A stretch of DNA of 64,000 nt from an uncultured Phascolarctobacterium sp. (GTDB lineage: Bacteria > Bacillota > Negativicutes > Acidaminococcales > Acidaminococcaceae): positions 8,155 to 72,154 of the forward strand of contig CAZVSX010000006.1 in assembly GCA_964630355.1 (NCBI GenBank). Reading direction: 5' to 3'. The notes beneath the pieces are model-generated. The model was given only the letters and a program-made list of their open reading frames with translations. It did not search any database and was not told where the DNA came from. The translations under genes and the position numbers were made by a program. How positions within the stretch are numbered: position 1 is the first letter of the stretch; every line of letters begins with the position of its first letter. This document shows positions 50,001 to 58,127 of this stretch, piece after piece.

Positions 50001-51359
50001 AGCTAAAGAGCCATGTTCACCTGCAAAAGCACTGAAATTATCTATTTTTAATCCCTGTTTATCATAGCTTCCATCCAATGCCAGATGATTAACAACAAGA
50101 CTGCGCCATTCAACAGCAAGTGTATCTGCCGCAGCATGAAGCTGTAACTGTTCAGACAGATTTTTTGCCAAAACTGCCAGTTTACCGTTCAAATGTATGC
50201 TTTCTGTCTGTTTCCCAGAAAATTTCTGTGTTACTTGCTGCAAATCTACATCCGCAGCAAGAGAGTTTTCTTTTAAATCGTAAGTACCGTTGGCAGTAAC
50301 AGTTCCACCTCCGTAAGCTGCACTCATATTATGAATCTGCACGGCATCTTTATTTACGGCAAAAGGCAGACGCAGTTTTTCTGCTGTATAATCTCCATAA
50401 CTAAGCTGTGCTGCTGTCAGCAGTCCACTGCCAATAGGTTCACCGCTGTTACGCAAATCTGCTTCGCCCTCTAAATGTAATTTCTGTTTATCAATATCAA
50501 TATCAAGCGAGCTTATCTGTACCAAATTTTCATCTGCTCTAACTAATCCGTCCAGTTTAAGGCTATGTTCAGCACCTGAAAAATTAATGCTGCCGCTAAG
50601 TGCCTTTACTTCTGTCTCACCGCTGAATTTCTGTTCACCATTCTTGCAGGCATACAGCAAGGTCATTTTAGCAAAACCGCCCTGCAATTCTTCTAAACCA
50701 GCGTAATATTTTGCTAAAGCAGCATACCCTGCCAGCTGTAATTCATCAGTAGTAAGCTTAAGTCTGCCGTCACCTTTAGTGTTCATTAATCCGGTAAGTT
50801 TTAGATCATCTTCACCGCTGCTTACTTTAATATCTACAGCAAAATCCGGATTAGCACCTCCGCTGATATTTCCGTCAACCCCAAAATGCCATTTTCCCTG
50901 CGGCATCCCTACTACCAACTCTGCATTCTGAATATCGAGCAATCCATAAAAAGGTGTTTCTGTAGAATCAGAAGGTTTTAGGAGATTTTGCATATTCCAT
51001 TTTTCTTTATCATCCATTGTCAAATAAACCTTAGGACGCACTAAATCAATACGGCTCAAAGCACGTGCAGGCTTATCAATTGCCAGCCAGGGACGCAGAG
51101 TCAGAACTGTACGCGGCAGTTCTGCTATTTGGTTGCCATTGCTGTCTTTAACTATAACATCAGTTACCTCTGCACTAAGACCACCGTTCCATATAAGATT
51201 GCCGATAGTTATACTGCCGTTAATATAATCAGCTGCCAACAATTCAATTTTCGGCAGCATTTGACGAATATACCGCGGCATAACAGTATTAACTAAAAAT
51301 ATATAACCTGCGGTGAGCAAAACAGCAAGGCAAGCAATAAATTGCAGATATTTTTTCAT
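47070..51359 (-). CDS. tamB: TamB / AsmA-like translocation and assembly module protein
   Basis: N-terminal TM anchor, ~1400 aa of repeated beta-taco G.L..P...G motifs, DUF490-like C-terminus (L.S.PPL...I...L). Confidence 0.88.
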   Translation of the reverse strand: MKKYLQFIACLAVLLTAGYIFLVNTVMPRYIRQMLPKIELLAADYINGSITIGNLIWNGGLSAEVTDVIVKDSNGNQIAELPRTVLTLRPWLAIDKPARALSRIDLVRPKVYLTMDDKEKWNMQNLLKPSDSTETPFYGLLDIQNAELVVGMPQGKWHFGVDGNISGGANPDFAVDIKVSSGEDDLKLTGLMNTKGDGRLKLTTDELQLAGYAALAKYYAGLEELQGGFAKMTLLYACKNGEQKFSGETEVKALSGSINFSGAEHSLKLDGLVRADENLVQISSLDIDIDKQKLHLEGEADLRNSGEPIGSGLLTAAQLSYGDYTAEKLRLPFAVNKDAVQIHNMSAAYGGGTVTANGTYDLKENSLAADVDLQQVTQKFSGKQTESIHLNGKLAVLAKNLSEQLQLHAAADTLAVEWRSLVVNHLALDGSYDKQGLKIDNFSAFAGEHGSLAANGSINSDGVININGRMADFPINPILDIAAGQAGSGLCSTGFRIGGNLAAPEFAGIIQLTHTQFMQQKINEAHGFVGLKDNILTFKDFAANMDQGKHILNGTVNLQGKEPYADLVLESAGVRIEPLMAVINKADLVTGNLDNVVQVKGTLAHPYVYGEIYASDGSAVHQLFNSVSGRYMYEDGRLQLQNFVVDAFYGRLKLDGTMTKDNGLDFIMDAQDIELSNLPISNDIVALKGKVNAEGHLSGTLTAPYFYGDINSDEISVNGEILTEMQGTLASNGLDINKLDASFKQPYRDDPINYGLYSADININLIEKYIDGKVENIWGDINGLLRMARLDYDINGQMQGQLLFSYNGHGNGVKITASADDVKIHDLNYAHMNFEGRVDKGGVLHFDNVKLQEQDAVEDKGIIAVGGWLDIPGRKLDIEAAAVKANPAVVTAIMKDPPEIKGETDMLVQVQGSLDNPQGTASLEITNGSIAGVMMDDLTAMLSLADDNIKLQQLIATRDAYGVTAAGDIPLDLFRSKEQRHNPNAQMNIIVDLDQARLGMLPALTKMVEWGIGDTQGKIRLAGTLEDPLLFGSVKIAGGSVKAKYLDTVLDDINLDVLFNGNTVQLKNLSAKLGKGSLTAEGSYALHTDADTAYALHIKADKAQLASQIFTGTINSDVIIEPQKYRDFRKTQSSETKIEYRPLVKGSLCLDDVLVNMPTVPELGEGESNIGLDMKIELGPKIHMYNSYLYDIWLSGGIHIKGSTVFPNIEGNIRADKGKITYLRTDFKLNNANLVWVEPGTFLPNVNMDSTARFSRYNIFMKINGPVTEMDLQLTSNPPLTQNTIIRMLTLQRESGGSNEVTSEDMTNLMTVGLQMTVLGDVEMLIKQTLGLDQFRIYTGKVRSGIGFEGTRDHNRELTSDERNQYNVLVSKYLNNNFMLGYTTSFDAVDRSYFGQYDIGRHMNVTYSRSYDLSKKAEDWYGLEYKITF

Positions 51360-51453
51360 ATTTTTCACCAACTACAAATTATCAGATAATCATGTCAATA
51401 TTTTTTTGCAAAATATATAATTTGGTCAATTATAAACACTTAGACTTTTATTA

Positions 51454-51480
51454 GTTCGACATATGTAGAAAACATCCTGC
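51454..51480 (-). promoter_or_regulatory. SigmaH-like promoter overlapping a Spo0A-box-like TGTCGAA, upstream of tamB
   Basis: Minus strand GCAGGA, N17, GAAC (GCAGGATGTTTTCTACATATGTCGAAC). Confidence 0.5.
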
Positions 51481-51581
51481 AAGTTACAAATATTTCTCAT
51501 TTTTCATTTGTAAAACATTTTCTCTTTCATTAATTAACACATTATAAATCAAGCAACAACCATAAGAATATGTTAAAAGAC

Positions 51582-51616
51582 AAAAAGGCCGTCGTACCGA
51601 ATAAGCACGACGACCT
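51582..51616 (-). terminator. Intrinsic terminator after tolC
   Basis: Minus strand AGGTCGTCGTGC / GTACGACGGCCT plus U-tract. Confidence 0.75.
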
Positions 51617-51621
51617 CAAAA

Positions 51622-53034
51622 TTATTTACTTACTGTTTCAGTTTCTTCTTCCGCAGAAACTACGGTAACTTTAACAGGATTAACCATTGGCACACCAATA
51701 GCAGTTTCCAAATCAGTCTTAGATGTATTGAAATCATAAAGAGCCTGTAAGTAATTAGTCTGTGCCTGAGTCAAAGCCACCTGAGCATCAAGTACATCAG
51801 TATTAGTACCAACGCCATTTTGATAACGCAGCTGAGCAATACGATAATCCTCATCTGCCTGTTCTACAGCCAGCTTTGTCGTATTAATACGTTTTTCTGC
51901 TTCACGCAGTCCCAGATAATTTGTACGTACATCTAAATTTACACTGTCAACAGTATTGCGATATGTTTCCTCTGCCTGCTTTAAATCTGCTTCTGCACCA
52001 TGAATCTTAGACAGCGTTACACCACTGTCAAAAACATTCATGCTAACACTAACACCTACTGCCCAATCACCATTTTCATCTCCGGGCCAGTTGCTGCTGC
52101 TCCAACCCTTGCTGGCATTGCCGTAAACCTTGGGCATATGTCCGCTGCGTGCAGCCATCAGCGAACCTTTAGCTGCTTCTACATTCTGTTTTGCCTGCTC
52201 CAACTCCGGACGATGTTCAGTGGAATAATCTAGACATTCTTCCATAGTCTTATCATAAGGATTGTAAACCAACAAATTATTAAGCTCTAATTTAGTATCC
52301 AAAGGCAGTCCAACAATCTTATTCATATTTGCCTCAGCAATCTGATAATTGTTTTCTGCCTGAATCAAACTTTGCTGTGCATTAGCCAACTCTACCTGAG
52401 AGCGCAGTACATCTACCTTGGCAACTACGCCTACATCATACTGTGCCTGTACATTCTTCAAATGATCCGTAAGCCTTTCAACAGATTCTCTGTTCAGTTT
52501 CTGCAAATTATCTGTTTGCAGCATAGTAAAGTAACCGTTAGTAACTGTAGAACGCATTTCGTTCCAAGCACGTTGTACACCTACTTTATTATACAAATAA
52601 TTTGCCTTAGCCTGCTTAGCAGCACCGCGCAGCTGTCCACCTGTATAAATCGGCAGAGTAGCAGAAATAGTATTAGCATGGCTGTTATGAATACCCTTGC
52701 CTGTATTTATAGAAGGAACGTATTTAGGTTCCCCATTATTACCAAAAGTCCAGCCAGCTTTTGTGTATTGATTATCATCCATACCGCTTCTCTGGGTCTG
52801 ATGATTTGCACTGATGCTGATACCGTGGCTCTGACGTGCTGCATTATAACTTGCACGAGCACTCTTAAGCTGATAGTCAGCAATGGAAATAGACGGATTG
52901 GTAGCAAAAGCACGCTGCATAGCATCATCTAAATCCAGTTTTACCGTTTCAGCGGCAAAAGCAGATTGGCTTAAAGCCATAGTAAGTGCTGCTGAAAGCA
53001 GCAATAAACGTTTACTTAATTTATATCCAGTCAT
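51622..53034 (-). CDS. TolC family outer-membrane channel
   Basis: Signal peptide, L.L.DA...A...NP, PIYTGG, Y..G....DVL, FD.G, DVLDAQ..L; two OEP repeats. Confidence 0.9.
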   Translation of the reverse strand: MTGYKLSKRLLLLSAALTMALSQSAFAAETVKLDLDDAMQRAFATNPSISIADYQLKSARASYNAARQSHGISISANHQTQRSGMDDNQYTKAGWTFGNNGEPKYVPSINTGKGIHNSHANTISATLPIYTGGQLRGAAKQAKANYLYNKVGVQRAWNEMRSTVTNGYFTMLQTDNLQKLNRESVERLTDHLKNVQAQYDVGVVAKVDVLRSQVELANAQQSLIQAENNYQIAEANMNKIVGLPLDTKLELNNLLVYNPYDKTMEECLDYSTEHRPELEQAKQNVEAAKGSLMAARSGHMPKVYGNASKGWSSSNWPGDENGDWAVGVSVSMNVFDSGVTLSKIHGAEADLKQAEETYRNTVDSVNLDVRTNYLGLREAEKRINTTKLAVEQADEDYRIAQLRYQNGVGTNTDVLDAQVALTQAQTNYLQALYDFNTSKTDLETAIGVPMVNPVKVTVVSAEEETETVSK

Positions 53035-53055
53035 TAAAAAGCCTCCATTCACTAT

Positions 53056-53108
53056 CTGACTAGTCAGTCAGTATAAAAATTATATATTTTTTCGCAGGGA
53101 ATTGTCAA
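53056..53108 (-). promoter_or_regulatory. tolC promoter with a downstream palindromic operator
   Basis: TTGACA (53108-53103), N18, TATAAT (53084-53079); perfect palindrome CTGACTAGTCAG at 53056-53067, extended by GTCAG to 53071. Confidence 0.6.
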
Positions 53109-53141
53109 CAAAAAAATTGTGACATTTCTCTGTACCCTACA

Positions 53142-54410
53142 TTAAAAATATGTTCTTAAACCCATATAGGTGTCACGTTTACTGCCACGTAAGTCCATAG
53201 TTTCTCCATACAGAGAAAAACTATCTGTGAGCCTGAGCTCTCCACCAAGACGCACTTTAGCATCGTCAAAATCATACAGCTGAGAATATAAGCGGAAATC
53301 CCTGCCAAAATTATAGCTCATTCCAACACCGAAATCTCCCTGCATAGCTCCCATGCTCACAGCAGTATTCCCAAGACGACGGCCAACAATAAAATCAAAT
53401 TTATTTTCATTGCCTATATCATATCCGCCCATATAAAGAAAAGCTTCATCTGAAGGTGTTAAGGTAACACCTATATTACTGCGCCAATCACTGCCTTTAG
53501 CTGCATAACCTGCATCTGCGGAAATTTTGGCTTCTGTAAGCGTGCCTAAAATCTTATTAGCACGTTCACTAGTTTCTTTAACATTAACCAGGGTTTCTTT
53601 AAGTGACTGCTGCGTTACAGGATCTTTAGCCACAGTTTCCAGCACTTCAACAATATTTTCCATACGTTTGCTTGTATTTGCCATATTTTGTGCTATAGCA
53701 GCCACATTCTGCCCTGTCTTGCCATTATTATCAACACCAGCCATAATACTTTCAATATGCGCCGCCGTACCATTCATTCTTTGACTAAGTTCATTTATCT
53801 GATGAATCATAGTTGTAATATCCTGTTGATTAGCAACAGCCACATCAGCCATCACCCTCGTAAAGGTATTCATGTTCTCAGCAATATCATTCATATTCTT
53901 AAAACCAGCCTTCATTGAATCCTGGACTTCTTTGTCGCCAAAAACATTTTCAAAAGCACTGGCAATATTCTCCATACGTTTTACAAGATCACCGCTGGAG
54001 GTAAAAAATTCATCCATACCTCCGCCAGGTATACCTTTTATTGTACTGCCTTCTGTAATATATCCCTGTCCTAATTTTTCAGGCGGAATAACGCTGACAA
54101 ATTTTTCTCCCATAATACCATCAGAAGAAATTGTAAATACTGCTCCCTGAGGTATTTTTATGTCATCGTTTATTTCGGTAACTACTTCTACCTTATCAGG
54201 AGTCACATTAATCTTTTTTACAGTTCCTACCTGTACACCAGCATAACGCACAATATGTCCAGGCATCAATCCGCTTACCTGAGGATAATCAATACGTAGT
54301 TCATAGCCTTTTTTTCCAAAGGAAAAAGCTCCCATAAAAGTAATGATGCCTGCCAGCACTAGTGCTCCTCCTAAAGCAAAAGCACCCACCTTAACTTCAC
54401 TGCTGCTCAT
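53142..54410 (-). CDS. mlaD: MlaD/MCE protein with a helical stalk and C-terminal beta-strand domain
   Basis: N-terminal TM, MCE domain (GL..G..V.YAGV.VG.V, GIMGEKFV), long helical region, beta-strands ending in YF. Confidence 0.88.
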   Translation of the reverse strand: MSSSEVKVGAFALGGALVLAGIITFMGAFSFGKKGYELRIDYPQVSGLMPGHIVRYAGVQVGTVKKINVTPDKVEVVTEINDDIKIPQGAVFTISSDGIMGEKFVSVIPPEKLGQGYITEGSTIKGIPGGGMDEFFTSSGDLVKRMENIASAFENVFGDKEVQDSMKAGFKNMNDIAENMNTFTRVMADVAVANQQDITTMIHQINELSQRMNGTAAHIESIMAGVDNNGKTGQNVAAIAQNMANTSKRMENIVEVLETVAKDPVTQQSLKETLVNVKETSERANKILGTLTEAKISADAGYAAKGSDWRSNIGVTLTPSDEAFLYMGGYDIGNENKFDFIVGRRLGNTAVSMGAMQGDFGVGMSYNFGRDFRLYSQLYDFDDAKVRLGGELRLTDSFSLYGETMDLRGSKRDTYMGLRTYF

Positions 54411-55167
54411 CTGCTTCCTCCTCTTTTAACTCCAATCCATTGATAAAAGCATTTACAATAGGATTCTTACTGTTCTTAATTTCATCAACTGTCCCTATCT
54501 GCACAATTTTTCCTTTATACAGCATAGCTATACGATCAGCAGCATAATAAGCTGACTCCATATCATGCGTAACCAAAACTGATGTAACGCCAAAAGTCTG
54601 CTGTGTCTTTTTTATCAGCTTACTTATATTCATCGTCATAACTGGATCCAGTCCCGATGTAGGTTCATCATAAAAAACCATCTGCGGCTGCATAGCCAAA
54701 GCTCTTGCTAAGCCAACACGTTTTTTCATACCTCCTGAAAGCTCTGATGGCAGCATTTTTTGGGTTCCAGGCATTCCTACCATTGTCAGCAGTTCATCTA
54801 CACGTTTCTGCACCTGTTCTTCCGATAACTTAAGATGCCGTCTAAGACCAAAGGCTACATTATCTTCAACATTCAAAAAGTCAAACAAAGCAGAATATTG
54901 GAAAACAACCCCCATATGACAGCGCAGTGCATCCCATTGATCGTCATCAAACTGATTTGTTTCTTCTCCGCCAATCAATACACTTCCAGAAACAGGAGTC
55001 AAAAGACCTGTCAGCAATTTAATTACTGTACTCTTACCTGTGCCGGACGGCCCTATAACTGCTAATGTCTCACCAGCATACACGTCAAGATTAAGATTAT
55101 CTAATACTACATTATTGCCAAAAGCTATTTTCACCTGATTAAGCTGAATGATTTTCTGTGCTTGCAT
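54397..55167 (-). CDS. mlaF: MlaF ABC ATPase
   Basis: GPSGTGKS, VFQYSALFD, ELSGGMKKRV.LARAL, YDEPTSGLDP. Confidence 0.92.
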   Translation of the reverse strand: MQAQKIIQLNQVKIAFGNNVVLDNLNLDVYAGETLAVIGPSGTGKSTVIKLLTGLLTPVSGSVLIGGEETNQFDDDQWDALRCHMGVVFQYSALFDFLNVEDNVAFGLRRHLKLSEEQVQKRVDELLTMVGMPGTQKMLPSELSGGMKKRVGLARALAMQPQMVFYDEPTSGLDPVMTMNISKLIKKTQQTFGVTSVLVTHDMESAYYAADRIAMLYKGKIVQIGTVDEIKNSKNPIVNAFINGLELKEEEADEQQ

Positions 55168-55179
55168 TACTCCTGCTCC

Positions 55180-55950
55180 TTATACATAAAGTACGATAGA
55201 AAGAAAATAATTGGTGATAAACACCAGAATAATTGAAAGCACTACAGAAGCAGTTGTAGCAAGACCAACACCCTCAGCACCGTTAGGAGCATTCAAACCT
55301 TTATAACAGCCAACTATAGCTATAATAGCTCCAAATACACAGCTTTTTACCATACCACCGAAAACGTCATAAAATTCTGCAAGCATCCTTATAGAATTTT
55401 CGTAAGTGAAACTGCTGATTCCTGCATAATAATGTGCTACAATCCAACCGCCTACATTACCAATAAAATTAGCAAATACTACCAAAAGCGGCATCATCAG
55501 AACTAAAGCAATAAAACGCGGTACTACCAAATAACTTACAGGATTGGCAGCCATGACACGCATTGCATCAATCTGTTCTGTAACTTTCATAGTTCCCAGC
55601 TCTGCGGCAATCGCTGCCCCTATACGTCCTGCAACAACGACTCCCGTCAATACTGGAACCAATTCACGTGCCATAGCAATAGCAACTATGCCGCCCACTG
55701 ATGATGCAGCTCCTAAACGTACAAACTCTTTAGCAGTCTGTACAGAAAATACCATACCAGTACATAAAATTGTCATCATAACAATAGGTAAAGAATCAGC
55801 ACCCAAAAGAGCCATCTGACGAATAACTTCTTTCCATTCAGCTTCTTTCAAACGACGTAACGTCGCTAAAAACAACAGCGTCAGTCTGCCGCTGACAGCA
55901 CAAAAATCTAATATTTTATTGCCTAAAGCTTCACAAATTGATTTTAACAT
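55180..55950 (-). CDS. mlaE: MlaE ABC permease
   Basis: REL.PVLTG...AGR.G.AIAAELGTMKVTEQIDA, GAEGVG.ATT.SVV. Confidence 0.93.
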   Translation of the reverse strand: MLKSICEALGNKILDFCAVSGRLTLLFLATLRRLKEAEWKEVIRQMALLGADSLPIVMMTILCTGMVFSVQTAKEFVRLGAASSVGGIVAIAMARELVPVLTGVVVAGRIGAAIAAELGTMKVTEQIDAMRVMAANPVSYLVVPRFIALVLMMPLLVVFANFIGNVGGWIVAHYYAGISSFTYENSIRMLAEFYDVFGGMVKSCVFGAIIAIVGCYKGLNAPNGAEGVGLATTASVVLSIILVFITNYFLSIVLYV

Positions 55951-56023
55951 ACTATATTCCTATCTGCTGATTTATAATTTATTATATACCTAAAATATGA
56001 CAATTGTATGACGGCAGCATAAC

Positions 56024-57688
56024 TTATTCTATATCCAGAACTAACTCTGCTTCTCCATCAATAATAAAATCAAATGGATACTTCTGCTTAAACGGTGAAC
56101 CCTGCAGAATTCCAGCGATACCTGCATCACTGTCAGGCATAGTTTCAGGATTCATTTTCAGCTGACCTGTAGCCACATCAATTATCAACTCATTATTTTT
56201 ATCAGCATTATTCACACTTTTAACAAAATCTCCAAGGTTTTGCCGATTATCTTTTTTCTTAGCTGACGGTACACCTTCTGCCTGCTGTTTACGCAACAAG
56301 TCCAAAGCCCATTTTATACTGCTACCACCGCGTACATTCAGTATAAGCTTACCGCCTGGGTGATCCTTGGGAACTTTAAAATAAACTGTTTGAAAAAATT
56401 CTTCTCCTCTATAAGGTTTCATGGAAACCTCTACTGCTATTTTGTCCCCTGGCTTAATCTTTTTCTGCTTTACAACAGCATTAGAAATCTCAGCCACCTG
56501 TACAATATCAGTAACATCTGCCGTTACATCTATACCATAAACCTGAACAGCGTCAATTTTATTCTGCATAAGGACAGATAAAGCTTCTGTCAGTTCCTGA
56601 TTGAGATTTTTTAATAAAGCATCACTGGAATAAAACATATTCTCTCTGTCTATCAAAAGCATTTCTTTCTTGCTGTCAACAGCAGTAATTTTAAAATGCA
56701 GTCTGGCAGTACCACCGCCATTACGATCAACAGTCTTACTTAAAGTATTAACTACAGCTGCATCTACAATAGAAGGAAGCAGCTGTTCATCTTCAATAAT
56801 CCTCACACGTGTACTGTTTGCCAACCCACGCCCACTGTCATTGACCGTTACGAATAGAGGAATGGTATCAGGCTGTCTACCAGTACTTCCGCCAATACCG
56901 CTGGCACGATCCTGTGTAAAAGTTCCAATAGGCTCTCCCAGATTGCCAACTTTATAACTGCTCTGCAAATTAGGAATAACCCCCAGAACCCATGCTTTAT
57001 TCATAAAAAAGTTGCTGTTACCGCGCTGCATAAAAGAATGACCAAATGCCAAGACCTTGCCATGATCATCTGTCCAGGTAACAGTTCCTAATGCTCCCAA
57101 ATTCATATCTCCGTGCATAATTGCCGCTCCTACGGCACTTCCAGGCTCCAGAGGTTTATCACTGCTCAATCCAACTCCGCCGCTGCCTACGGCAGTAAGA
57201 CCAAAAGGTTTTATTTTTTCCTGTAAATACGTTAAACCATAGTCAGTAAAACCACAAGCACTCAAAGCCGTTCCTTTGGGAATCCAATCTGACGAAAGCT
57301 TATAAGGTTCGTCCAAAAGACGAAGCATACTGCCAATAGGAGTAAGAAAACAATAATGCGGATCATTAAAAGCTTTGCCAAAAGCTACAGCTCCAACAAG
57401 CCTTCCGTCTATATATACTGGGCTTCCGCTCATTCCCTGAGCAACACCACCTGTTTTTTCTATAAGATCACCATAAAGCCGTACAAAAATACTGTAACCA
57501 GAAGCTTCCGTACCAGTTACGCCTAAAATTTCAACGTTAAAGTTCTCAATAGTATCTCCGCTTATAACAGTTTTGCCTATACCCTGCATACCAACACGTA
57601 AATCACGTACAGGCATAAGCGGAACATTAGCTGCTGATACAGTCAGCAGCTGACAGCATAAAAATGCAACCAGTAAAAAAATTCTCAT
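56024..57688 (-). CDS. SpoIVB-like serine peptidase (family S55), exported
   Basis: Signal peptide, G.G.TV, TGG.AQGMSGSPV..DGRLVGAV (catalytic Ser), GTVT...AFGH; ATG at 57688 with AGGAG RBS. Confidence 0.85.
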   Translation of the reverse strand: MRIFLLVAFLCCQLLTVSAANVPLMPVRDLRVGMQGIGKTVISGDTIENFNVEILGVTGTEASGYSIFVRLYGDLIEKTGGVAQGMSGSPVYIDGRLVGAVAFGKAFNDPHYCFLTPIGSMLRLLDEPYKLSSDWIPKGTALSACGFTDYGLTYLQEKIKPFGLTAVGSGGVGLSSDKPLEPGSAVGAAIMHGDMNLGALGTVTWTDDHGKVLAFGHSFMQRGNSNFFMNKAWVLGVIPNLQSSYKVGNLGEPIGTFTQDRASGIGGSTGRQPDTIPLFVTVNDSGRGLANSTRVRIIEDEQLLPSIVDAAVVNTLSKTVDRNGGGTARLHFKITAVDSKKEMLLIDRENMFYSSDALLKNLNQELTEALSVLMQNKIDAVQVYGIDVTADVTDIVQVAEISNAVVKQKKIKPGDKIAVEVSMKPYRGEEFFQTVYFKVPKDHPGGKLILNVRGGSSIKWALDLLRKQQAEGVPSAKKKDNRQNLGDFVKSVNNADKNNELIIDVATGQLKMNPETMPDSDAGIAGILQGSPFKQKYPFDFIIDGEAELVLDIE

Positions 57689-57711
57689 TTCTGCTCCTAT
57701 ACAAATACTAC

Positions 57712-57742
57712 AAAACCGGCGAGCTGGGAGCACGCCGGTTTT
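57712..57742 (-). terminator. Terminator-like hairpin between the biotinyl-like gene and the S55 gene
   Basis: AAAACCGGCG / CGCCGGTTTT inverted repeat. Confidence 0.6.
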
Positions 57743-57749
57743 CTGCTTA

Positions 57750-58052
57750 TTATTCACTAACCTTGACTACAACCTGCTGTGCAGTAATTTTATCTCCCGG
57801 CTTTACCAAAACCTGAGATACACTTCCCGCTGTTGTAGCCCTTGCAGCAGCAATACTGCCGCCAGCTAAAGATTTTACTTTTACCAGAATGTCACCCTGA
57901 CGTACCTTTGCCCCTTCCTGTACCAAACCTTCAGCAACAACTACTCCACTGACAACGGCACGCTGATCAGTTACAGCAGCACAGCCAATGGCAGCCATTG
58001 CAAATACGCCCAAGACAACCCCTGCTAAAATTACTTTCAGCTGTTTTACCAT
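57750..58052 (-). CDS. Exported single biotinyl/lipoyl-like (barrel-sandwich hybrid) domain protein
   Basis: Signal/lipoprotein peptide, then V.EG..V..GD.L...A...G.V..V.VKPGD.I; lacks the MKM/DKA lysine motif. Confidence 0.7.
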   Translation of the reverse strand: MVKQLKVILAGVVLGVFAMAAIGCAAVTDQRAVVSGVVVAEGLVQEGAKVRQGDILVKVKSLAGGSIAAARATTAGSVSQVLVKPGDKITAQQVVVKVSE

Positions 58053-58098
58053 GCAGCTCACCTCCAGCCCTCTGATTTAAGAATTAATATCTCTTTAA

Positions 58099-58127
58099 AT
58101 TATACCGCTTGAATTTCTATTTGACAA
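58099..58127 (-). promoter_or_regulatory. SigmaA promoter for the biotinyl-like gene
   Basis: TTGTCA, N17, TATAAT. Confidence 0.65.

Noticed and set aside
57689-57757. Longer start for the S55 peptidase
   Set aside because: Spans a terminator-like hairpin; the RBS and signal peptide fit the ATG at 57688
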